From NCBI GenBank assembly GCA_018136815.1, contig CM030931.1:5791515-5823514 (forward strand): a stretch of 32,000 nucleotides of DNA. The letters are read 5' to 3'. A model generated the notes under the pieces. That model worked only from the letters and a program-made list of their open reading frames with translations. It was not told the DNA's origin and ran no database searches. Shown here one piece after another: positions 10,160-21,227 of the stretch. Numbering within the stretch: position 1 is the stretch's first letter; each line of letters opens with the position of its first letter. The position numbers and the translations under genes were made by a program. The DNA is from Isochrysis galbana (taxonomy: Eukaryota).

Positions 10160-10320
10160 GCCCCGTAAGACCCGCGGGGGGGAATTCGGCGGGGAACCCC
10201 CCCGCGGGGGGGAATTCGGCGGGGAAACCCGTAAGACCCGGCGGGCGGACCCGTAAGACCCGCGAGGGGGGAATCGGCGGGGGAACCCGTAAGACCCGCG
10301 GGGGAAGCTGCAGGACTCCC
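10160..10320. repeat. Imperfect GC-rich minisatellite
   Basis: Repeated modules of 'cccgtaagacccgcgggggggaattcggcgggggaac' and variants. Confidence 0.85.
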
Positions 10321-11018
10321 CACGCAAGGAGATTATAACAGTAGAAGCGAATGGATAATGGACGTATCCATAATAGCCGGCTCTCCGCGCCAATCGGGTT
10401 GCGCGAGAGGTCCACCGACGACAGCCGAAAGCTCAGCGCGAGCTCGCACATGCGCTGCACCGATCCGGTTGCGGTTGAGGATAAGCGTCTGGATCCACCG
10501 ACACGCTCCAGCCTCGAGCACGCGACAGCGACAGATCATGTCGAAGGCGAGGGCCTCCGCCCACGCAAGGCCCAAGGTAGGGCACATGGGCTAAAGCCCG
10601 CGATATCGAAGAAAAAGGACTGAAGGGGGAAGCGAAAAGGGGAGTGAGGAGTGAATTAGGGGCATGGGCGATGGATCTGGGTTTCCGCAGTAGAAGTGAC
10701 CTAGTAGTGCAGTAGTAGGAATCTTCAAGAGTTTTTCTTAGTCGCCCATATGTGTCCGCAGCATAGTGCACCGCCTACTACTATTGCTGCCTCTCTCACG
10801 AGCTATGGCACAACGTGAGTGCAACTAGTGTCCGCGCTAGTCGTGGTCACCGTGGTCATTGCGTCATATATTATTAGCATGCGTTCATGCTGGCTACATG
10901 CATTGCCCACCGAGTAGCCCTACAGGTCGACAAGGAGCGAAAATGTCTCCCCGTCTCGGCGGAGGGGTGCTGGCGAGCAAATCGTGGCGCCCGCCATATA
11001 AAGAGAAATGAGCAACAC

Positions 11019-14000
11019 TCATGGCTCGCGTATACTTTGATTCCACCAGAAGGCGCCCCTCCTCGCCGGCACGAGCCGGCCGCTGCGGTCGAGTGTGTAT
11101 GTGACTCGCGTAGTTGGTGGTATCGAACGCCGGACTCGAGCCGTCTGCTCATCGCTCACCTCAACGAGTGGGGCATCCACACCGGTGGCCGGCTCGAGGC
11201 CTAACAGTGTCGGGCCTGTGCCATAGTGTCCACGAAAGAAGCGTGATGCCCGCCCGCCCAGTCGTAGCAGCCGATTGCCGACCGAAAGGGGTAAAGAACT
11301 ATTCCTTGTGGGCACCTTTGGAGCGGAGATGGATCGCACCGCATAATGGGTGTTCCCTCTTGTCTTGTCAATCGCGGCCACGCCGTTCTCATCGACATTG
11401 AGCGTGCTCACGCTCACCTCTGCAGCGCCGCCGAGTGGCCGAGTGACAAGGTCTCCCACGACGACTCGCGCTGGGCGAAGAGAGGAGGGCCGGATTGCGG
11501 CAGATGGCAAGGACGCGGCCGCGTGACTCCCCGTCGTCATGTCAGTGGCACTAGCCCTCGCATCGGCAGGCAGGGCACCGACCCCACCGGAGGCCCCGCC
11601 TGCGACTGCCGCTCGTGCGACCGCCGCAGCGAGCCGTTCGTTGAGACGGCGCGACATGTCCACGCCATCGGGCGTAATTTCCAGCGCGGAGGATGCGTCA
11701 TGTTCCATGGATGATCGACCCACAACGTCGCCATCGGCGGATGTGCGTGTCACCCGCCAGCGACGCCCGCGTTGTGTTGCTGCACCACGGCCTGCGAGAG
11801 CCCGTTTGACAGCCTCCTCTTCCACTAGCTCCATCATCTACGCAACAAGAGGGCAGCACCACCATCAGAGCGATTCTTGCACCACGCCCCTGAGACGCAA
11901 ACGGCAGGCAAAAGGGGCGCAGCGGCTCTCGGCCGGGTGATGCCGCCAAGGACTTTTGCCGTGCGCAGCCGTTGAGCCAGTGCACGTTTCATCCACGGCT
12001 TGTTTTGCGGGGGATTGCTGTGCCCGCGAGTGCCACGAACAAATCGAGGCATCGTGTCTCGTGCCATACCTTTTTATCTTCACGGTCGCGAGTGGGCGCT
12101 CCCGCCGACGCTGAGGCGATAGCGGCGGCGATGGCAGCGGAGGCATCCCTCCTACAATCCACAAACGGTCGTAGCAAGCCGGACACGATTGAAGAGGAAT
12201 AGAGTATAGGTATCGACAGCAGGGCGCGGGCACAGGGGCGACGATGCCCATGCACCATCCACGGCGGAGAAACTGTGCGCCAGGGCTCTCTACGTCAGGC
12301 CGGCGCGCACCTGGACACCCTCATGTCCGTTTGCATCCACGACGGGAACACGCATGACGACAATAGATTGGATCTACGCCATGGCACGGATGTGGCTGTC
12401 GTCGGCGCGCGGGCATTGCAGTGATTCGAAACACCGATCCAAGGGGCGCTGAACGACACCCCACAAGTGCCCATTCATCATGAGCCGCAGAGGGTGAGGG
12501 CACGGACCGCATAGTCGAGAAGATGAACGGCCCGACCGCAGGAAGTTGCGTCACGTCCACCCCGCCTAGCGGCTCGAGCCCCGCGTCGACAGTCGGCGGG
12601 CGGAGGAAAGTCCATCGCACGCGTCCGACGTAGGGATACTCGGATATCCACTCCCAATGCAAGCGAAGGGTCCCGCGCAAGCGTGGGCGTGAGATGCGCA
12701 ACCTCGGACGAGAGGCGATGTTGGCAAATCGGAACTCGAGCTCGAGGTGAGCATCTGGAGCATCAATCTTGCAACAGCGGCGGGCGGGGGAGCAGGGGTC
12801 GCGCTGTCTCGAGAAGGGGCGGGGCCGCTGTGCATGTGAAGTCGGGGCCCGGAGGGCGGGCAGCTCTAGGCTCTCGAGCGCTGTGCTCACGCGAGTAGCA
12901 CTCCGCCACCCGGACGAGGTTGGGCGTGCGGCACCTCCAACTCGACCACAGCCACAGCTCCGGGCCCCTCGTTTGGCGTCGGACCGAGCACGCGCGACGC
13001 CGAGGCAGAGATGAGAAGCGGCGGTTGCGTCCCGACCTGAAGCCAGTGGCAAAGGGTGGCTGATGGGATTAGCTCCGAGGATGGGCGAGCGATCGGTCTT
13101 GCACGTCAAGGCGATCGTCGCCGTGCGCCTCGTGAGCAGGGTGCCATAAGCAACAGGTCGGGGCACGCACCTGGAGACTCCAGAGCTGGATCGAGGCAAG
13201 AGTTCGTGGCAACGTCGGCTTCAGCTGCTCCAGCGACGCAATCATGGACTCGCGGATCGTTTGGTGCAAATAAGGGCTGCGGAAGCGAGGATGCGCGCCT
13301 TATCAGCCGATGGAGAGGAGTGGCGCCGCCTAGTGGGCTGCGCCCCGACTCCCCGCTCTACTCGAAGGGCCTGCCCATGGCTCCAGCCCCGTGCGCGCAC
13401 CCGAATGTCGTCTGCCAGCCGGCGGCCAACAAAGTGTTGAGCCAGCCAAGCGACTCGGCCGGTGCCCCGGGGCGGAGTTGCCACGCTCGGAGGGCGCGCG
13501 CCTCGGCGAGTTGCAACATCTCGGCCTGCTGAGCAATTTCCACAGTTCTCAGATACGCGAGGCATGCGACGCCGCAAGCCGCCGCGCAAGCATTCCCCAA
13601 CGGGCCATTCCCAGCGAGGCGCGCGCACAGCGCGATGCAAATGAGAGCCAGCGCGACGTGCGGCGTCGAGCGGGGTCCAAGGAAGGCGGCTAGAGCTCTT
13701 CGCGACGACGGTAGGCCCGATTCGAGCGCACGCGCTGAGCCGCGCGCCCCGCCGGCTCGCGCAGCCTCCGAGGTGCTAGCGCCGGGCGCTAAGCTCACTG
13801 GCGCACGGCGCCCGCCCGCGGTTCCGCCCCTCTCAAGCTGCACTCCGAACTCGGAAGGGAAGATTCCGGCGGCGGTCGAGAAGCCGTCCGGCTCGTCGCT
13901 CTCCTGCCGCGCCTCCCCACCCGTGCGCTTGCGCCCCGCCTCAGCCTGCAGCGCCTCGAGCGTACGCCAGTCGGCCACTCCACCGCCATCGTTGTAGTCG

Positions 14001-14581
14001 AATTCGACGCGCTTGCGGATGGCGCCGACGCCGGATTGGACGACGTCGAACGCGTCGGGAACTATTCCAAGCGCCTCCCCCGCTAGCCGCTCCGTCGCAT
14101 CCCCCAGCATGAGAATGCCGTCACCGACGCTCTTGAAGGTTCCTGAGACGACTCTCATCGGCCGCGAGAGCAGTCGCCGCGTGGCCCCGCCCGTGTCGGC
14201 AGCCGCCTCGCCGGCGACCGCGTTGCTCACACTTTCGAGACTCGAGCCGACTGCTCTCACCACGTGACCGGTCAGCCGGAAGACCCCGCCGGCAGAGAAG
14301 GTGATCAGGTCTCCCGCGGATCGAGCGAGGCCTCCGCTCGCCTGAATGAAGCATACGGGATGTGAGCGAATCTTCCAAAATTTTTTGATAGGCGCTCGTA
14401 GGCGCGCAATGTGGTGAGAGAGGCAGCGTGAGACCCGGGTGGACGGGTAGCGCAGGGAAGGTGAAATTTCCGGGGTTGTGGGCCACGCTAGTCCTGTGTG
14501 GCGAGTGTGTAGCACATGCGCGGCGGGTAGAAGTGGTATACGGCCATTACGCGATGTGGTGCGGTGCGGGGTTGTGGGCAT
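11019..14581 (-). CDS. SMP-domain (extended-synaptotagmin / plant-synaptotagmin-like) lipid-transfer or membrane-contact protein, multi-exon, 3' boundary approximate
   Basis: ORF 14581..13358 carries a hydrophobic segment (ALALICIALCARLAGNGPLGNACAAACGVACLAYL) and then 'PAESLGWLNTLLAAGWQTTF', an SMP start. The next exon reads '(G)PYLHQTIRESMIASLEQLKPTLPRTLASIQLWSL'. ORF 13199..12321 contains 'LRGTLRLHWEWISEYPYVGRVRWTFLRPPTVDAGLEPLGGVDVTQLPAVGPFI', typical of the SMP C-terminal half. The basic tail ORF 11837..11019 may be the last exon. Confidence 0.6.
13171..13276 (-). CDS. Predicted short SMP-domain exon
   Basis: 'PYLHQTIRESMIASLEQLKPTLPRTLASIQLWSLQ' bounded by a CAG acceptor and a CCAG|GTGCGT donor on the minus strand. 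Confidence 0.55.
13277..13400 (-). other. Predicted 124-bp intron in the SMP gene
   Basis: Minus strand TTCGG|GTGCGC ... CTTCCGCAG|CCCTTAT joins ...GWQTTF-G-PYLHQTIRESM in frame. Confidence 0.6.
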
Positions 14582-14934
14582 GGCGTGCCTAGGAGGCTGC
14601 GGCGCAAGGGCTAGCGATTGTTCGCGCGTGGCGCCACCGCGCGGTGCGAGTAAGAGAGGGGGTGCGAGGGAGAGGAGGCTACCATAAGTCTAGGGCTGGA
14701 CAACGGGTGAGCAAGACGACGGCTCGCGCCCCGTGTTCCGAACTGGTGCGCCACCTCCGCGTGATTGGGGGGGGGGGGCAGGCTAGGGAGGGTGGTAGCG
14801 AGGGAGGTAGCAGCTCGATGAGTGGCGTGCGCTTGCGGCACAGTGCTCCCCCGCAGCACCTCCAGTGGTGAGACGAGGGCAGGGTCGTCAGGCCTGGTCA
14901 CGCGTCGGCGTTGGGTGCACCTCACTCCACTCAC

Positions 14935-15066
14935 CTGCAGCCCTCGATCAAGCAGAACCCAGCCGTTAGCCACTCCCCTCCTGCTCTGTGGCGGAGGCGC
15001 TGCGTTCCACTCTTCGGCACCGCAAGCGCCACAGAGAAAGAGCACCGCCCAGAGCGCACGAGCCAT
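14935..15066 (-). CDS. Candidate first exon of a secreted protein
   Basis: Minus strand 'MARALWAVLFLCGACGAEEWNAAPPPQSRRGVANGWVLLDRGLQ' has a signal peptide and then a consensus donor CTGCAG|GTGAGT. Downstream exons not identified. Confidence 0.4.
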
Positions 15067-16987
15067 CTTCTGATCGCCTTGCCCGCCTCCGCCCCACCAC
15101 CACCAACAATCCCACCTACTGCTCACTCCTTCTCGTTCCTCCCCCTTTGCCCCCCCACTCTCCGTCTCTCCTCTCTCCCCAACAACCCCGCCGCCGCCGC
15201 TCACCACATCGCCACACCACTCTCAGACGCGGGAGAGAGGGATCTTATTACTCTACTTTACTGATAGAGAAGAGTATATCCTCTACGCGCATGAATCATT
15301 GAATCATGCATGAACCCATCCTTCTTCTTTGACTTTTCGAGTAGGAGAAGGGACCACTAAGTTTATACTTACTAGCTCATATCCATTACTCCGACGTCAA
15401 GGAGGCTTAAAACAATAACAGCTCTTTAGACACTTATATTGGGCCCCACCAAAGACAGGAGACATGAGAGGTGAGAGGGTAGAGGGTCCATTGGACATTG
15501 GGCTTAACACCAACATTTTGCATTTTGCATTTTGTTTCATCTCCATCTGCTCAACACATTTTTACAATTATCCGTAAACGGATAGGGATAGGGTCATGGA
15601 GCGCGCGCCGCTCTCCTCCCCCTCTGCCGCCGACCCCTCTGTGTCGCATCCAGAGTATTTTATATACTCTAGGCGGATGCGGTGCTTCTATCTCTATCAA
15701 TGTGTAGTGTGTGAGAAATTGAGTGAGTTTTGTTTTTGCCAATGAGTTGCCTCGAAGCTCCGCCGCATTGCACGCCGCATTTGTTCGTTTGTCCTTATTT
15801 GTTTCATTGGTTTGTTTGTGCGATGTTGCGTCAGTTTTCGAAGTTTTCTTGTTGGTGAGTGAGTGAGAGTGATGAAGGGTGGTGTCTCGTGTCTCGTGGG
15901 CCGTCGTCGCGATGTAGCGCGCCCTTTCCCACCCTCTCTCAAGACTTCTCTTCACTCCATGCCCTAGCCCCGCTGAGACTTGCCCCACGATCAAGCGCGA
16001 GCTTGATTCGACAATTCAAAGACATCCCTCACTCACCCGCACGCCCTCGCCACACATCGCACCGCGCACAACGCACAAGCCCGCACATGCGCATGGCGCA
16101 TTTGCCCGTCTCACTCATCATCCCGCTCTGACCCATGGGATGAGCATGGCTCACCTTTGTGGTGGCGAGCGCGGTCAGCCTGCCTTCCCTCGCCATTCCT
16201 TTCCCTCTCGCCTCGCTTCCGCCTCGCCAAGCCTCCGCTTTCCACTGCCACGCCATCATTGCATTTCCCCATCCATTGCCTTGTGCGCATGGCGCATGGC
16301 CCGCTGTTTGTTCTCTCTCGTTCTCTCCACCGCGCCCTCCTACCCTTGAGGACTGAGCCCCCTCAGCCTCAAGCACTCAGGCCTCCTCCTCTTCCTCCTC
16401 GTCGTCGTGGTTCGTCGCGATCGATGGTGCGGTGGTGGTGGTCCCAGGCTCTCTCCTTCTCTTTATTCCCTTTCTCGTCTGTGCGATACGCTTGCGCTCT
16501 CCGATTTGTTCGATGGTTTGTCGCCATTGGGCGTTGTGGTCCTCAGAGGTGTCAGCCTTGGTCTCGAGCTCGCTTTCATTCTCCTGCTTGTCCTCGTTCT
16601 TGTCCGCGTGTTCGTCGTTTAGACCCTCGATCTTCGGTTCCCGGTCTTCATTCTTTTTGTTGCGTCGTAGTTGAGCAAATATCGGCCCCGTCTCGATCGC
16701 TTCCGATCACTCCTCTCGTTTGGCTAAGGCCACTATCACTCAATCGCTTATTCTCGTTTAGGCTTCGGCCATCTGCGTCCTCGTTCTCGATACTCGATTC
16801 TCGTTTATTGTCGTTTTGATATTGCTCTGTTTGCGTACGATTGGCCAGGGGGCCCATCCCATCCCGTGCAGCAGCTCCATATAGCCCTGGTACCATCGCG
16901 GTGACCAAGGCGGCCGAGAGGAGAGAGAGCGACGCCATCGCTGGCGCTCTCTCCAGATCAGAACCGGGTAAAATTTCTCTTACAATC

Positions 16988-17022
16988 CTGGAGTGCCCAA
17001 CTTTCGAACGCGACCGGGCGCG
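16988..17022. repeat. 35-bp direct repeat, copy A
   Basis: CTGGAGTGCCCAACTTTCGAACGCGACCGGGCGCG. Matches 17193..17227 with one mismatch. Confidence 0.95.
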
Positions 17023-17192
17023 CTGTCGGCGCTTTCTCGGCCATCCACTCAGATAGAATGCCCCACTAGGCACCATATCCAAAGATGCTGCCCTAGCAGC
17101 CATGCCAATCACCGCCGCCGCCCGCGCGCATCGCGCCGTAGTCGGCCGTGTGTGGCGCCGACAATTACGTTAACGTCACCCGGCCGAATGGG

Positions 17193-17227
17193 CTGGAGTG
17201 CCCAACTTTCGAACGCGACCAGGCGCG
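17193..17227. repeat. 35-bp direct repeat, copy B
   Basis: CTGGAGTGCCCAACTTTCGAACGCGACCAGGCGCG. Confidence 0.95.
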
Positions 17228-18163
17228 TTGGGTGCGAGGAGGCTCGTGCTGGACGGCCAAGAGGTCTCTTAAGAGCCTGCGCTGCCCCGGTGTCAACGAG
17301 TCCGCGAACGCGATGCACTTGGCGACCGCCTCGGTAGATGGCACAGTAAGTCCTGCGGTGGTAGCGCAGCGCGCGAAGAGGGCTGTATGTATGGCAATGC
17401 TCGCCACAATTCCCGAGCTCGCGGGTGGGTAGTCTTCGGGGTTCAGAGGAAGCGTACCAATAGTCTGGATGGGGTTCTGCGCGTAGGAGCGCGTAGGCAA
17501 GCCGGTGTCATCCTCCTCATGTTGGGGTAAGAAGTGGTGTGGTGTGGGGCTGGCGGCCATGCTGCGTGGGCAGGTGAAGCAGAAATCAGAAATCGGCCGA
17601 GTGCGGTGGCATGAAACCCCGGTGAGTCCGCCGACCGGTGTCCCCGGGCCATTTAGTCCGAACACCAGCGACAAGGGGGGGTTGACCACCGCCGTGCTCT
17701 CGCTGGAGCGCGGCGAAGGTCGGCCTGTCAGGATGGTCGGTCGCCATCGCTCTGCCTCGGATTCGAGCGGGGAGAGAGATGAGGGGAAATCTTCCCCCGG
17801 TCCCACGATAAAAAAATGTGGGCCTCTGGATCAACAAGATTTTTTTTCAACCCAGCCTCCCCCACCTCTAAAGATTGCTGCATCTCAAGACGTTTCATTC
17901 CCACTTTCACTCACAGGCGTTCATCCGCGCCCTTCATCTCCACACATCCTGTACATCCGTGGTAAGCAAGCGCCCGCAACAATCTGTCATCCATCCCTTG
18001 TATGAGTGAACATGTTGGCTAATTGACACGTGGACACGTCGCCATGCATAGTGGTGCAGAGTGAGCGGTACGTTGATGGCATTTTTCGGCACCATCATGC
18101 ACGGGATACATGTCCCTGAAGGAGTCAGCGTCGGGAGAGAGGCGCGCCTCCGGGAGAGAGAGG

Positions 18164-19305
18164 CTAGGTGCCATGGACTTTGCGCTCTTGCTGAACGTTC
18201 CACACGAGCCCAACTTCAGCCAAGGCATGAATGAAGTACTGCGGCGCGTCGAAGCCAGGCCGCACGGCGAGCGCTGGATGAGTATGATGATGATCATGGT
18301 CATCCTCGCCCACCGCAGGGGAGAGGATGGACGACACGTAGTCGAGGAAAATGTAGAGAGGCGATGAATCGATGGTCGTTGGTTTGTCGACAGCGTCACA
18401 GTTTACATTTGTGGTCGAGGTGCGTCTGTGCTTATGGTGCTCGGGAGGGGGGCCACCGAGTTTGGTCTGGGAGCCGCCGATCGGGTGGTTGCGCACATTG
18501 AACCATAGCGTCGACACTTGACCAATCCATGACGAGCTGAAGCTTACCCATAACCCGGCGGGACCGAACATGGCAAGTGCCAGATGAAACTCAATCAGAG
18601 GGAACACGAACGAAAGGGAGTCAATGAGCCGCATGCACGGCGTGTCAATGTGACACGGGGCGAACTCCTCATCGACAGCCTGTATCGAGCGCACACAATC
18701 AGCCGTGGTACCCGAGAGGAAAAAAGAGAAGGCGTTGATGATGCCGTTGAGCGCGGGGGAGTGCGGGTCGCGCAAGGTGGTGTCGCAAAACTTGTGATGG
18801 GCCCGGTGGCGAGATGCCCACCACAGCGGGCCGCCTTGGTAGGAGAAGCAAGAGATGACGCCGAGGCAGAGGCTGGTGGCCCAGTGGCACTTGAAGGCGG
18901 CGTGCGCGCAGTATCTGACGGCAAAGGAAGCGGCTAGTGAGGGCGCTCACTCGTGTGAGTCGCTGAGATGGCAGCTCTTGGCAGTGCACACGTGCATGCA
19001 CCGGAAGGCGGGTCGCACCTGTGCAGGATTACGCTCATGCAGATGCCATTCTTGAAGAATAAGAGGCCACAGAAACACACGAGTGACAGGAGCGGCTGCG
19101 GCGAGACGCTGCTGCAGAAAATGCCCGCAAAGGTGGCAGCTGACCAAACCGGCAGGAAGACCACGAGGAACAGTCCTTGGATGGGGTTGACCTTGCTCGA
19201 GTACGGGGACGGAGTACGATGCTGCAGGGGTTGGCGCGCAGCCGTTGGGGCGGATGTATGAGAGCCACATACTTTGGCACGCGCAAGCAAGGTGTGCAGT
19301 GACAA
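18164..19305 (-). CDS. Membrane fatty acid / acyl-CoA desaturase-like protein (delta-9 type), multi-exon, 5' end uncertain
   Basis: Exon ending at 19019 reads 'GLFLVVFLPVWSAATFAGIFCSSV..LLSLVCFCGLLFFKNGICMSVILH-R'. The exon from 18914 reads 'YCAHAAFKCHWATSLCLGVISCFSYQGGPLWWASRHRAHHKFCDTTLRDPHSP'. Further on comes 'VGEDDHDHHHTHPALAVRPGFDAPQYFIHALAEVGLVWNVQQERKVHGT*'. These give the three histidine boxes H-X4-H, HRAHH and HDHHH in the expected order. Confidence 0.72.
18915..19018 (-). other. Predicted 104-bp intron in the desaturase-like gene
   Basis: Minus strand CTGCACAG|GTGCGA ... TTTGCCGTCAG|ATACTGC. Splicing creates the first histidine box, HRYCAH. Confidence 0.7.
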
Positions 19306-20649
19306 GGGAGAGAGGTGGCGGCCGTCACCTTGGCCAGCACGACGTCATCGTTGCGCTTGAGGAGGTAGTTTGCACTAGCAACAACAGTCGCCACAAGAAA
19401 TGCCACGAGAAGGGGTCCACGATTCAGACAGCTGATTAGATAGACGGGAGGTACAAGCATAGTGACGGGTGCCATGCCAGATCGGCGCTGGCGGCGGACA
19501 GCCTCCCACAATGGCGGGCGTCGACATGACCGCCTCATTGTGCAGAGATGCCATCATGAGCTCGTACTCACGGGCAAAGAAGCTGAAGGGGCCCTTGCCA
19601 TCGAAGCGATACTCAGCCTGAAGACCACCGTGTTGGGGACATCTCAGAAGGCTGACTGCAGCTGTGTCACCACAGCTGTGGGCATGCGTACGGACGGGTC
19701 TGGCACTGGATTCCCTCAGAGCCGACTCACTGTCCATGCACTCTGCGTCCAACGCGGCGCGCGCTGCTGCTGCGTACGGGTGGGGTACGGGTGGCGTACC
19801 AGCTCCACCTCCTCGAGGCCCTCATTCTGCTCAAGCCTTCCCTGCACCACCTCGGCTGCGGCGTTGGGGCACATCCGGCAGTGGGAGGGCGGCCGCGACC
19901 GAGGTGCGGGGCGGGACGGGGGGGGGGGACGCCACAGCACTAGATTCGCCGCTGGCGGATTGCGGCTGGTGGTACTCCTATGAGGTTTACTTTAGCCCTT
20001 CCTTATCTACGTAATGGATTCTGCCAGGGGCAGGAGGGGGCAGGAGGGGTGGGTGGGTGGGGGGGGGGGGGCGGACGATCCCTCTGGGGCGCGCTCCCTC
20101 CCAATCTCGACAGCCGAGGCTTGGATCTGGTCGACGAGACGGAATCTTCACGCGATGAGATTCGTGATCTCGGAAAAATCTGGTCGAGCTCCTGCCCCTT
20201 CCCCCTTCCGACCCGCGCCCTCCTTCGGACCCCCTCCCCCCCCCCGCGCCCCGCGACTTCCCCCCTCGCCGCGGCGCCCCCTATGAAGCGAACCTCCGCC
20301 AAGGACACAATCCTTACTTGTTCATGGGCCTGATTTCGCGGGCCTCATTGTATTCGACGAGGCCGTCGCCGAGTCGGCGAGCTCACCGCATGAGGGCCTC
20401 GTCGAATTGCTCACTGTAAAATGAGATGGCTCTATTCTCTATTCGGGTATTCCTATGTTGTAAATGAATTGCTCAGCTTTCCTTTTGGAAGTCGCGTGAC
20501 CGACAGCTCCAGAATATTGTTGTAAACGGACATGTGGACTATGATGGCTCAACTTCATTCTGTCGCACATTCGACGGATCGCGACCTCATGAGTGGGCTC
20601 CTGCGGGCACTGGCACGGGAGGGCTCGGCGGTTATGTCTCGTTTGGGCG

Positions 20650-20716
20650 GCCCAAATGCCAAATGTCTCGCAAAAATATGCGGAAAATATGCCGGCGGCT
20701 GCCCAAATGCCAAATG
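20650..20716. repeat. Pair of 16-bp direct repeats GCCCAAATGCCAAATG (20650..20665 and 20701..20716)
   Basis: Perfect copies separated by 35 bp. Confidence 0.85.
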
Positions 20717-20897
20717 CCCAAATATCACGTGGAATATCACGCAGTGTTGGGGCAACAGCTCGCTAGCTTGCACGGGTTTTGGAGCTATCACTAGCGCCAG
20801 TACCTTGCGCCAGCTATTGGTGGTCCGCTAGCTAGCACCAGTACTTTAGGTCGAAGAGCTAGTCATGCCAGCTAGCGCCAGCTTTGGAGGGCGTAGA

Positions 20898-20937
20898 GGG
20901 TCTATAGTTAGTTGATTGCGGGTCTATAGTTAGTTGA
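20898..20937. repeat. Pair of 18-bp direct repeats GGGTCTATAGTTAGTTGA (20898..20915 and 20920..20937)
   Basis: Perfect copies separated by 4 bp. Confidence 0.85.
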
Positions 20938-21227
20938 GTGCGGGGGAGGGGGGAGGGGGAGGGACGGGGGGAAAGGGGGGGGGGGGGATGGAGATAGAGG
21001 GACGATTAGCGATTAGGTTAGCTCCTATGTCCTATGTGCTTCTGCATGTGCTCAGCACTCTAACTCAACGCACGTGCGCAAATGCCACAACGGCAAAACG
21101 CGCGCGATGCGTAAGCGTATAAGATAATGTGATACGTGATATATAAAATATAGATACAAGATGAGCAAGAATCAAGAATCTTTCAAATTGAGTCTTCAAC
21201 ATAGCTACTTACATACTTACATAGCCT

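Noticed and set aside
13056-13640. Plus-strand ORF 13056..13532 and minus ORF 13242..13640 as independent genes
   Set aside because: They overlap the SMP gene exons and introns. The peptide in the SMP frame (PYLHQTIRESMIASLEQLKPTLPRTL) explains the conserved signal.
16140-17112. Candidate genes from ORFs 16157..16819 (+) and 16648..17112 (-)
   Set aside because: Compositionally biased (Leu/Ser/Arg-rich), mutually overlapping on both strands, no recognisable domain and no supported splice structure.
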